Assembly (NCBI GenBank): GCA_041615815.1
Contig: JBFJCP010000012.1
Coordinates: 1-64,000 of the forward strand
Direction: 5' to 3'
DNA from: Gemmatimonadales bacterium
GTDB taxonomy: Bacteria > Gemmatimonadota > Gemmatimonadetes > Gemmatimonadales > GWC2-71-9
Length of the DNA: 64,000 bases
Made by a program: the position numbers and the translations under genes
The notes under the pieces: model-generated
Databases searched by the model: none
The model's input: only the letters and a program-made list of their open reading frames with translations
What the model was told of the DNA's origin: nothing
Part shown: positions 23,528 through 32,071 of the stretch, in pieces
Layout of the letters: each line of letters opens with the position of its first letter
Position numbering within the stretch: the stretch's first letter is position 1

Positions 23528-24834
23528 GACCCCTCGTCCGCCGAACCTGTATGCTCGTTGCCGGTGCGTCCGCGCTCGTCGGCGCGACGTGGGTGGCCGA
23601 CTATCCGCTGGACGGCGCCGAAGAAACCGGGATTCGCCGGCTCCGAGCCTACCGCATGATCCAAGACGGGGCGATGCCAGGAAACATCCGGCTCCAGCCC
23701 GGCGCTGGGCTCCCGTCGTCAGCGATTCGGCTGCGCCTCGCTGGCGTGAACGACACGTTCGACATTCGGCCAGGCACCCCGAAAGACCCCGAGCTCCAGG
23801 CGGCACTCGAGCGTATCGTAGGATCGCGGCATCCATCCTACCGCGTGGCCATCTTAGACATCACCGATCCGTCGCGGCCCCGCTACGCGGCGATCCGTGA
23901 GAACCAGGGATACATCCCGGGGAGCGTGGGCAAGATCCTGGTCATGACCGGGCTCTTCAACGAGCTCAAGAAGCTCTATCCCACCGATCACGCCGCTCGC
24001 GCGAACCTCTTGCGGAGCACAAACGTGGTGGCCGACGAATTCGTCGTCCCCAACAGCCATGCCGTCCCAGTGGTGGCCGCGGATTGGCGTTCGGTGACCC
24101 ACCGGAGAGTCTTCGTGGGGGACGAGTTCAGCCTCTGGGAGTGGGTGGACCACATGATCTCCCCGAGTTCCAATGCAGCCGGGTCGATGGTCTGGAAGCA
24201 CGCCCTCTTGCTGAACGAGTTCGGCCGGTCGTATCCGCCCACCAAGGACCAAGAGGCTGCGTTTCTGAAGAACACGCCGCGCCAAGAGCTCTCCCAGCGC
24301 TCCATTCAGATCGTGGAGGAACCGCTCCTCGCGCAAGGACTCGACACCGCACAGCTCCGCATCCGGACGTACTTCACGGGAGGCGCATCGCGCGTCATTC
24401 CCGGGAAGTCCAGCTTTTCGACTCCCCAGGAGCTCGTCCGGTGGTTGCTCAAGCTCGAGCAAGGCAAGTTTGTCGACCAGTGGACCAGCCTCGAGATCAA
24501 GAAGCTCCTCTACTTCACCCGGCGCCGATACCGCTACGCCGCGTCGCCCGCCCTCAACGAGGCTGCGGTTTATTTCAAGTCGGGGTCGCTGTACCGGTGC
24601 CGCCAGGAGGAGGGGTATCAGTGCGGCCAGTACCGCGGCAACGTCGAGAACCTCATGCACTCGGTGGCCATCGTGGAGTCCCCAGCCGTGCCCAAACCCG
24701 ACGAGCGCCAGCGGGTGTATCTCATCTCCATGATGTCCAACGTGTTAAAGGTGAACTCAGCGTTCGAGCACATGACCATCGGGACCGAGATCGAGCGCCA
24801 TGTGCAGCGCGTCCACGGAACCGGAACGCCCTGA
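23524..24834 (+). CDS. Exported serine hydrolase, PBP/class A beta-lactamase fold
   Basis: SxxK (GSVGK), SxN (SSN), KSG (YFKSGS); signal-like N-terminus; ATGA overlap with the dikinase stop. Confidence 0.8.
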   Translation: MRPLVRRTCMLVAGASALVGATWVADYPLDGAEETGIRRLRAYRMIQDGAMPGNIRLQPGAGLPSSAIRLRLAGVNDTFDIRPGTPKDPELQAALERIVGSRHPSYRVAILDITDPSRPRYAAIRENQGYIPGSVGKILVMTGLFNELKKLYPTDHAARANLLRSTNVVADEFVVPNSHAVPVVAADWRSVTHRRVFVGDEFSLWEWVDHMISPSSNAAGSMVWKHALLLNEFGRSYPPTKDQEAAFLKNTPRQELSQRSIQIVEEPLLAQGLDTAQLRIRTYFTGGASRVIPGKSSFSTPQELVRWLLKLEQGKFVDQWTSLEIKKLLYFTRRRYRYAASPALNEAAVYFKSGSLYRCRQEEGYQCGQYRGNVENLMHSVAIVESPAVPKPDERQRVYLISMMSNVLKVNSAFEHMTIGTEIERHVQRVHGTGTP

Positions 24835-24942
24835 GTCTGTGTGCGCCCGGACACAATACCCCTTGCATCCCCGATTAGATTTTGGGTTTCCGGCAGACCT
24901 CTGTCCGGAGGTCGTCTTACCCGAAAGGAGTGCAGACTCGGT

Positions 24943-25896
24943 ATGACTCGTGGCAGCCTACTCGGGCTGTCGGTTGTCGTCGTGGCGGCGTATGGAACGT
25001 TGCCCATGGCCCAGTCCGTCGGAGCCCAGGAAGTCCGTCCGCCAACGCTCGTGCTGCCCGCCAAGCACACGGGACTCCAGACCGAGCTCAACGCGATTCT
25101 CGTTCAGCCTCCGTTCCGGCGACTGGTGGCGCAGAAGCGCCTGTCCGTCGCGCTCGTGGATGTCTCGCAGCCGGGGGTGTTGCGGTACGCTGGCGTCGAC
25201 GATGACCACATGCGGTACGCGGCGAGCCTGCCCAAGATCGCGATCCTCCTCGCGGTGTTCGACCAGATCGAGCAGGGGAACCTCGAATACACCCCACAGC
25301 TTCGTCGAAAAATGGAGTTGATGATTCGTCGGTCCAGCAATCGCGAGTCGACGGAACTCATCAAGCTCGTGGGATTCCAAAATATCGCGAGCACGCTGCG
25401 GGACCCCCGCTATGAGCTGTACAGTCGGAGCCGCAACGGTGGCCTCTGGGTGGGACGCGACTACGGTGGGTGGATGGGCACGTGGCGGCGCGACCCGTTG
25501 CACGAGATCTCCCATGGCGCGACGGCCCGGCAGGTGGCTCGGTTTTTCGTCATGATGGACCGGGGCGAGCTCGTCAGTCCGTGGGCCTCGGCGGAGATGA
25601 AAGGCATCCTCGCCCGTCCGGAGATCAATCACAAGTTCGTGCTGGGTCTGCAGAACCGACCGACATCCAGGATCTTTCGGAAGTCCGGCACCTGGAAGAA
25701 CTGGCATGCCGATGCCGCGTTGGTGGAGCGGGACGGCAAACGCTACATCGCGGTCGCCCTGTTGGAGTCTTCGGCGGCCAAGGGTGTGCTCTCCGCCCTG
25801 ATCGTGAAGCTGGACGACCTGATCCACCGGCAACCGGCGACCCCCATCAACGCCGCGCAGTCGGCTGAGCGCATCGACATCTTCCTTCAGGATTGA
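24943..25896 (+). CDS. Exported serine hydrolase, class A beta-lactamase-like/PBP fold
   Basis: YAASLPK, RSSN, RKSGTW; signal peptide; AAGGAG upstream. Confidence 0.85.
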   Translation: MTRGSLLGLSVVVVAAYGTLPMAQSVGAQEVRPPTLVLPAKHTGLQTELNAILVQPPFRRLVAQKRLSVALVDVSQPGVLRYAGVDDDHMRYAASLPKIAILLAVFDQIEQGNLEYTPQLRRKMELMIRRSSNRESTELIKLVGFQNIASTLRDPRYELYSRSRNGGLWVGRDYGGWMGTWRRDPLHEISHGATARQVARFFVMMDRGELVSPWASAEMKGILARPEINHKFVLGLQNRPTSRIFRKSGTWKNWHADAALVERDGKRYIAVALLESSAAKGVLSALIVKLDDLIHRQPATPINAAQSAERIDIFLQD

Positions 25897-25920
25897 CGGT
25901 CCCCCAAAGGGCATCACGCG

Positions 25921-25964
25921 AAACAACGCCGCTGGAACCGAACATCCAGCGGCGTTGTCTTTTT
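25921..25964. terminator. Bidirectional intrinsic terminator
   Basis: ACAACGCCGCTGGA-8nt-TCCAGCGGCGTTGT 14-bp stem, CTTTTT after on +, AAA at the left end. Confidence 0.85.
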
Positions 25965-26036
25965 GGACCTACGCAACCCGGCACGATGGCCGTCGTGCGT
26001 CCAATCACTCGGCGCGTGATCGCGATTCGGTCCGGA

Positions 26037-26096
26037 TCAGACCTCGCTGCGGCGATCGCTTGCCCACGCCAGGTTGCGGCTACTTAGGTCAGACAA
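26037..26096 (-). CDS. Candidate 19-aa small ORF MSDLSSRNLAWASDRRSEV (TTG start)
   Basis: Preceded directly by AGGAGGTGATCCA (26109-26097), with GGAGG 7 nt from TTG; promoter-like element upstream. Confidence 0.45.
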   Translation of the reverse strand: MSDLSSRNLAWASDRRSEV

Positions 26097-26142
26097 TGGA
26101 TCACCTCCTCTCTACGGGGTTGAACATCGGGCGGAACGCCTC

Positions 26143-26171
26143 AAAGTAGGCCCCACCGGTCCGTTGAGCAA
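26143..26171 (-). promoter_or_regulatory. Sigma-70-type promoter candidate
   Basis: TTGCTC-N17-TACTTT on the minus strand. Confidence 0.5.
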
Positions 26172-26187
26172 CCCGCACATCAGACGA

Positions 26188-26217
26188 TGAGGGGCACCGA
26201 CCAAGTGGTGCCCCTCA
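26188..26217 (-). terminator. Hairpin downstream of the TPR gene
   Basis: TGAGGGGCACC-8nt-GGTGCCCCTCA perfect 11-bp stem, about 25 nt after the stop; no clear U-tract on the minus strand. Confidence 0.55.
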
Positions 26218-26241
26218 AACATCGCGTTACCAACAGCCCGC

Positions 26242-27324
26242 TCATTGACGCGGCCATTCGAAGGGCGGCGGCGACGGAAGGGGAGGATCCGGTGACGGTT
26301 CCGGCGTCTCCCGCTCGGGGACACGCGTCGAGTCGCTAGAGATCATCTCGCTAGGGACCTCCGCCGTCACGGGCTCTCGCAAGCGCTCCACTTCGTTCAC
26401 GAATCGCAGCGCAAAGGTGGTTAGGTCCGCCCGGCCAATTCCCGAACTGTCGTGACGCTGGACTCGGGCGAGATTGACGGACGCCTTCTCGTACGCGTCG
26501 TCCACCTGTACGGCCGCGCGGTACGCCTCAGCTGCGTCGACATCGTGTCCCAGCCGCTCGAGCGCGATCCCCAGGTTGTTTTGAAACACCGCCACGTCGC
26601 TCCGGATCTCAGTAGCGCGGGCGAGGGGCCCCAAAGCCTCCTCGAAGCGCTCCTCGTGAATCAAGATCAATCCCAGATTGTTCATGGACCACACGTCGTG
26701 ATCGTCGAGCACGATCGCTTCCCAATACGCGTCGATGGCTTCCTCGATGAGCCCAAGCTCGTGTCGGGCCCGACCAAGAACCCGGAAGGCTTCACCCAGT
26801 GCGGGATCGATGAGCAGCGCTTCCTGCACGCGTTCCAGGGCTTCCACCGGACGATTCACCTCCAGAAAGACCCGGCTGAGGTTGAGGAGACTCTTCACGT
26901 GTTCGGGATCGATGTCCAAGGCGGAATAAAACGCCGTCTCCGCGGTCTCGTGCTGCCCCGACTTCCAGGCCGAGAGCCCGAGCATGTAATGCCCCCACAT
27001 GTTCTCGGGCCGTTGTTCCGTATAGACGGTGAACAGGTCCGTGGCCTCGGCATACTGCTTGTCCCGATAGGCGCGCTCGGCTTCTTCGAAGGTGACGGTG
27101 CGCGGTTCGACGGAAGTCGCTGGAATCGGGTCGCTCACCGACACTGGAACGGTGGGGACCGCAGTTGTCGGCGACGCCGCGTGCCCGACCGTATCGTCGA
27201 CCGCTGGGGTACCCGATTCACCGCATCCGTAACTGGCCCAGAATACGACGGCGAGCAGGGCTCCCACGGCGACGTGGCCAAGACGCTCCTTGAGCTTGTC
27301 GCTTGGCGTGCATTGCATCCGCAT
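26242..27324 (-). CDS. Exported/lipoprotein tetratricopeptide-repeat protein
   Basis: GGAGG RBS; hydrophobic segment ending YGC; repeated TPR motifs (HYMLG, LLNLS, MNNLG, QNNLG). Confidence 0.88.
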   Translation of the reverse strand: MRMQCTPSDKLKERLGHVAVGALLAVVFWASYGCGESGTPAVDDTVGHAASPTTAVPTVPVSVSDPIPATSVEPRTVTFEEAERAYRDKQYAEATDLFTVYTEQRPENMWGHYMLGLSAWKSGQHETAETAFYSALDIDPEHVKSLLNLSRVFLEVNRPVEALERVQEALLIDPALGEAFRVLGRARHELGLIEEAIDAYWEAIVLDDHDVWSMNNLGLILIHEERFEEALGPLARATEIRSDVAVFQNNLGIALERLGHDVDAAEAYRAAVQVDDAYEKASVNLARVQRHDSSGIGRADLTTFALRFVNEVERLREPVTAEVPSEMISSDSTRVPERETPEPSPDPPLPSPPPFEWPRQ

Positions 27325-27383
27325 GGTGTCCTCCTGACTTAGGGGGTGGCGTGACGTTGACTGCGATGGTCACCACCCCCAAA

Positions 27384-27400
27384 GGCAGGACAGGGACCAA
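27384..27400 (-). promoter_or_regulatory. Sigma-54 (-24/-12) promoter candidate for the TPR gene
   Basis: TTGGTCCCTGTCCTGCC = GG-N10-GC. Confidence 0.55.
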
Positions 27401-27427
27401 TCCAGGACCCACCATGCCGGCGATACC

Positions 27428-27454
27428 GAAGTGATTGATTGACAATGATTTAGA
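27428..27454 (-). promoter_or_regulatory. IHF-like site
   Basis: TAAATCATTGTCAATCAATCACTTC; AATCAA-TCAC-TTC is one mismatch from WATCAANNNNTTR; lies between the candidate UAS and the -24/-12 element. Confidence 0.5.
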
Positions 27455-27496
27455 AAAACGGAACGTCACGGCGAGGAGCTCAGAAACACCGAGCTC

Positions 27497-27546
27497 GTGT
27501 TCCGTGGAACACCGACATTCGACCCGGGTTGTGTCCAAAGAGACCC
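27497..27546. promoter_or_regulatory. Candidate upstream activator sequences (two GTGT-N8-ACMC boxes)
   Basis: Palindrome GTGTTCC-GT-GGAACAC (27497-27512) and GTGTCCAAAGAGACCC (27531-27546). Confidence 0.5.
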
Positions 27547-27552
27547 ATCCAC

Positions 27553-28917
27553 CTATTCCGTCTTACTCTTGATTCTCAACCGCCGCATGATCTTTAGAAG
27601 GCTCGCATGATCGGCCAGGCCGAGTTCTCGAGCCGTCTTGGTGATATGCCATTCGTTTCGTTCGAGAGCCTGGAGTACGATGCGGCGTTCGGCCTCGGTC
27701 TTGAGCGTCTGGAATCGCGACTTCCCGCGCTCCGGCGCAGCTGCGTCATCCGATTCGCGCAACTCCGGCGGCACCGCCTCTGCACCGATCACGTTGCCAT
27801 CGGTAGCGATGATCATGCGCTCGACGACGTTGCGAAGCTCCCGCACGTTGTTCTTGCGCCAGTCGTACCCCACGAGGCTGGCCAGCGCACTACCGTCCAC
27901 CCCCTTTTTCCGCATTCCGAATCGCGCACACACGACACCGAGTAAGTGGTCGACCAGCTCGGGGACATCGGCGGCGCGATCGCGAAGCGGGGGCACGGAG
28001 AGCACATGGGTGTTCAAGCGATACAGCAGATCACGCCGAAAGCGTCCTCCTTCGACCTCTTGCTCCAACTCCCGATTGGTCGCCGCGATGACGCGCGTGT
28101 CGATCGGGACGACCCGGTTCCCGCCGAGGCGGATCACCTGTTGCTCCTCGAGCACACGCAGGAGCTTGGCCTGCACCGGGAGGGCTAGTTCGCCCACCTC
28201 ATCCAGAAACAGCGTGCCACCCGAGGCGGTCTCGAAAGCGCCCTTCCGCAGAGTCGCCGCTCCAGTGAACGCCCCGCGCTCATGTCCAAACAGCTCGCTC
28301 TCGACCAGGTTCTCCGGCAACGCCGCGCTGTTCACTGGGACGTACGGACCGTCCGGGTGCTTCCCGAGTCGGTGCAGCTCTCGAGCCACCAACTCTTTTC
28401 CCGACCCACTTTCCCCCTGGATCAACACCGTACTCGGTATGGGAGCAATCCGCGCAATCTCTCGCCGAAGCTGCTGCATGGCCTCGCTGGAACCGATGAG
28501 CGCGCTTTCCTGATCCAGCTGATGGCGGAGGGCTCGGTTCTCCACGGCGAGCCGCCCATGAGTGATGGCGTTCTCCACCTCTCGCGCCACCCGCTCCATC
28601 GGTTCTGCCTTGTCGATGAAGCTGTACGCGCCCAGCCGAATGGCCTGGATGCACCGATCGAAGTTCCCGGTTCCCGTGTAGACGATGACAGGCAGCTCGA
28701 GACCGAGCTCCTGCAGCGTCCGGAGGACTTCAAAGCCGTCCACCCCAGGCATTTCGAGGTCGAGAATGACGCAGTCCACTGGATCCGTACGGATTCGGTC
28801 CAATGCCTCCCGTCCGCCGCCCGCGACGACCGTTTGATACGCACCGAGACGCCGCAAATCGTACGCGTACTGCTCGGCCATGGCCCGTACGTCGTCGACG
28901 ACCAGGACGAGGGACAT
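27553..28917 (-). CDS. Sigma-54-dependent response regulator (NtrC family)
   Basis: REC (VVDD, DLEMP), GESGSGKE, ESELFGHERGAFTGA, LFLDE, C-terminal HTH. Confidence 0.95.
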   Translation of the reverse strand: MSLVLVVDDVRAMAEQYAYDLRRLGAYQTVVAGGGREALDRIRTDPVDCVILDLEMPGVDGFEVLRTLQELGLELPVIVYTGTGNFDRCIQAIRLGAYSFIDKAEPMERVAREVENAITHGRLAVENRALRHQLDQESALIGSSEAMQQLRREIARIAPIPSTVLIQGESGSGKELVARELHRLGKHPDGPYVPVNSAALPENLVESELFGHERGAFTGAATLRKGAFETASGGTLFLDEVGELALPVQAKLLRVLEEQQVIRLGGNRVVPIDTRVIAATNRELEQEVEGGRFRRDLLYRLNTHVLSVPPLRDRAADVPELVDHLLGVVCARFGMRKKGVDGSALASLVGYDWRKNNVRELRNVVERMIIATDGNVIGAEAVPPELRESDDAAAPERGKSRFQTLKTEAERRIVLQALERNEWHITKTARELGLADHASLLKIMRRLRIKSKTE

Positions 28918-28919
28918 GG

Positions 28920-30740
28920 TTACGACCCCTCCCGTTCCGCGCCACTCGACGGGCGGTCTGAAGGTTGCAAAGGTGGACCGTTGCCGCCGTCCGGCAACCG
29001 TCGCTCCGTCGAGCCTCCCGTCTCTCCACCGAGCGCGGGCAACTCCACAATCACCCGCGTCCCCACGGAAGGCTCGCTCTCGACGCGCAGGGAGCCATCG
29101 AGATCGAGCACCAGACGCCGGACGATCGACAACCCCAGACCAGTGCCGGACGGTTTCGTGGTGTAGAAATCGTCAAACGCCCGCTCGAGCTCAGATTCCG
29201 TCATGCCCGTCCCCATGTCCGCGACTTCGAGGCGCACCCGTGGCGCCAGGCCATGGGGAACTGATACGCTCGTGCGCACGGTAACCGCGCTGCTCGCGTC
29301 TTCCAGACTCTCCAGTGCGTTGTGCACCAGGTTCTCGACGATACGTCGAACCGCCACGCCATCTCCCGCCACGAGGGGAACGTCACTGCCGAGCTCGATA
29401 CGGACGGCTGGGGCCGTCTTGCTCGACAGAGTCCGAACCACATCCCGCACGAGACCGTTGAGATCGCACGGTCCCCGTTCCACCGCTGGTGACAGGCGTG
29501 CATACTTGCCCGCCAGCGTTTCGAGATAGGCCACGCTCGACTCCAAGGTGGCCTTTCGCTCCTCGAACACGTGCACGAGATGCGGTGGCTCGCGCGCGGC
29601 TACTTCCGCCAGATGCCGGACGACGTTGCGAATGGGGACAAGTCCGTTCTTGATGTCATGGTTGACCTGGCGGGCCACCTCACCCATCGCCGCCCGGCGT
29701 TCCGCCTCCCGCAACCTGCCCACGCTCGACCGGAGCCGTTGGGTCATGGCATCCAGTACGCGCGCGAGCGCCCCGATCTCGTCCGCGCGACCTGTGTCCA
29801 CATCCACGTCGAGTTGGTCCAGGTCAATGGCCTGCGTCTGTTGGGCGAGGTGGACCAGCGGTCGGCTCAAGCGCGCGGCGAGCCACATAACCACCAGCAG
29901 CGTCGCTGCCACCGTCACCCCAATCACCCCAACGAACCAACGATCCACGCTGGCACGGAGCGCATGGAGCTCATCGAGCCCATACCACAGCACAAAGGTC
30001 GCGTCGTTGCCGGGGGTGGGACTCCCGGCTTGGACGTAGGGTAATGAAATGGTTCGGACAATCACGTCCGAGGATGCCGTCGCGACGGAATCGGACCATT
30101 CGCGAAACGGAACCGAGTCGGAGAAAAGTCTGATATCCGGCACGACGAGCGCAACGGTGGCCGGGCCTCCACCCACCAGCTGCCTGAGGAACTCCGGATC
30201 CACCTCGACACCACCCACCACGGACAACCGGCGATTACCCAGCCGAGCGGAGTCCACACTTGCCAGCGCGAGGAACGGCCCCTCCGGTCGGCGAGCGCCG
30301 ATGATGGCCGTCGCCGCGGACGCCGCCAGCCGGTCTGGAAGCTGTGGCTCCAAGCGATCAAACTCGTTGCGAAAGTGACCGGAACTGAGGATGCGGCCGT
30401 TCTCGTCCTGAATCTGTAACATGGACAGGCCGGTCAAACGCATGGCCCCCGCCGCGTAGTCGAGGAGATACGACCGGTCGCTGGAGCCGCCCTGCAGCAC
30501 CGCGGCTCGCAGGCGATTGTCATCCGCGATGGCGGTGGTGATCCCTCGGAGGCGACCGGAGATGGCAGTCCCTTCGCGGACCACACGCGCGTCGATCAGC
30601 TCCACCAACGCCGTGGCTCGACGTTGGTATTCGGCCGTGAGCCGTTTCACCATCTCTCGGCGCACGCCGATGCTCATGACAGCCAGCGGCACCAAGGCCA
30701 GGGTGCCGAGCCCGAGCAGGAGCCGAACGCGGAAGCTCAT
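28920..30740 (-). CDS. Membrane sensor histidine kinase with HAMP (NtrY-like H-box)
   Basis: Two TMs, HAMP (DEIGALA), QVNHDIKN, NLVHNA, GTGLGL. Confidence 0.92.
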   Translation of the reverse strand: MSFRVRLLLGLGTLALVPLAVMSIGVRREMVKRLTAEYQRRATALVELIDARVVREGTAISGRLRGITTAIADDNRLRAAVLQGGSSDRSYLLDYAAGAMRLTGLSMLQIQDENGRILSSGHFRNEFDRLEPQLPDRLAASAATAIIGARRPEGPFLALASVDSARLGNRRLSVVGGVEVDPEFLRQLVGGGPATVALVVPDIRLFSDSVPFREWSDSVATASSDVIVRTISLPYVQAGSPTPGNDATFVLWYGLDELHALRASVDRWFVGVIGVTVAATLLVVMWLAARLSRPLVHLAQQTQAIDLDQLDVDVDTGRADEIGALARVLDAMTQRLRSSVGRLREAERRAAMGEVARQVNHDIKNGLVPIRNVVRHLAEVAAREPPHLVHVFEERKATLESSVAYLETLAGKYARLSPAVERGPCDLNGLVRDVVRTLSSKTAPAVRIELGSDVPLVAGDGVAVRRIVENLVHNALESLEDASSAVTVRTSVSVPHGLAPRVRLEVADMGTGMTESELERAFDDFYTTKPSGTGLGLSIVRRLVLDLDGSLRVESEPSVGTRVIVELPALGGETGGSTERRLPDGGNGPPLQPSDRPSSGAEREGS

Positions 30741-32071
30741 TGGGGCACAAAGACCAGGGTACCGTCGGCATCGAGACGGAGTGGCCAGAGCCCCGGCTGC
30801 GCGATGACGTATGGCCGAGTTTCGATGAGCGGTATCCAGCGCGCGGCGGGCTCGCCAACCCATCCGGCGCCATGCCACCCGAGCAACCGTACGCGCTGGC
30901 AGCCATCCAGGACGCCGGTCGAGAGCCACAAGACGTAGCCGGCGTAACCACCATCGCTCAACGCGCGCCGAAAGCGCTCGCGCGGCAAACCTTCCGCTCG
31001 GAGCGGCGCGTCCGTCCCCGGAAGGGCCAGCTCGCCTTGCTGACTGAGGGCCACGAGCCGCTCGGCTAGCGCGCGTGCCGTGGGGTCGTCGTTCGCGTAC
31101 GCGAGCGCCCTGACGGTCGGAGCCGGTGGACGCATGGCCGGCGTCGTGACTCGGCACGTTCCGTCACCCTCGCTCGCTGGAGCGGCTCGTGCCGTTTCGC
31201 GCACCGCGTCGCGTGCGAGCGCTTCGCGAATGCTCGCGCCCAGAGGATCGAAACCATCGGTCTGGGCACGGGCCAGCAGGCCGTAGGCACGATCCCAGGG
31301 AAGCGGGACCGTCACACGGCCGGTTCCGTCGGCATATTGGACCACGCCAGGGTCGCGCGAGAGCACGAGGTCAGCGCCGCCATCCACGAAATCGCGGGGG
31401 TCGGCGAACGGGCGGACGTCCACGACGACGCGGGGGAGGCGCGCGGAGGAATCACGAGGCATGAGGATCACCGGTCCCTCCCCCAAGACGGATCGGCGAT
31501 CATCCACTACTTGATACTCGCCAGTTCCGACCGTCCACCCAGCAACCGTATCGGCCCCAGCCACCGCCGTCCACGTCGGCGCCAGCAAGCCGGGACCGCC
31601 CGGAAGGACCATGAAGAAGCGGCTGTCTTCCAGGATCGTTGCCGTTTCCAGGCCGGCAACGAGCCCGTGCCGCTTCCAACTCGCGACTACGTCGCGCGCG
31701 GTGACGCGGGCGCCGTCCCAGAACCTGGCATCGCTGGACAGCACGAACGTCCACCCATGCCCATCGCCATGCTGCACCCAGCTCGCGGCCAACCCAGGTT
31801 CGAGTTGGCCGAGGCAGGTTTGCCGCACCAGGGGCCGGTACAGGAGACCGAACAGGAGTCGCTCTCCATCGGTGAGCGGCTCAGGCGCATGGTCCGGGTT
31901 CACTGGCTCGGTCAGGCCGACGCGGATCGCTTCGCTTCCGGCACGCGCCGTACGATCACCGAAGAGCAGGCAGGCTTCGGTGGGGATCGGTGGGGACGGC
32001 TGTGGGGTACGCGCCGAACACCCCGTCGCGAGCGTCAGCCAGAGAAGGACCGACGCGCGTGGGCTAGCCAC
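30737..32071 (-). CDS. Family-5 (OppA/DppA-like) solute-binding lipoprotein without adjacent ABC permease
   Basis: Lipobox LATGC; LYRPLV...PGLAASW...WTFVL...FWDG..VTARDVVASW; GTGEY. Confidence 0.75.
   Translation of the reverse strand: MASPRASVLLWLTLATGCSARTPQPSPPIPTEACLLFGDRTARAGSEAIRVGLTEPVNPDHAPEPLTDGERLLFGLLYRPLVRQTCLGQLEPGLAASWVQHGDGHGWTFVLSSDARFWDGARVTARDVVASWKRHGLVAGLETATILEDSRFFMVLPGGPGLLAPTWTAVAGADTVAGWTVGTGEYQVVDDRRSVLGEGPVILMPRDSSARLPRVVVDVRPFADPRDFVDGGADLVLSRDPGVVQYADGTGRVTVPLPWDRAYGLLARAQTDGFDPLGASIREALARDAVRETARAAPASEGDGTCRVTTPAMRPPAPTVRALAYANDDPTARALAERLVALSQQGELALPGTDAPLRAEGLPRERFRRALSDGGYAGYVLWLSTGVLDGCQRVRLLGWHGAGWVGEPAARWIPLIETRPYVIAQPGLWPLRLDADGTLVFVPQ

Noticed and set aside
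26097..26114. TGGATCACCTCCTCTCTA resembles the 16S rRNA 3' terminus
   Set aside because: No upstream 16S sequence (no helix 44/45 motifs such as AAGTCGTAACAAGG); better explained as an extended SD on the minus strand, not an rRNA gene.
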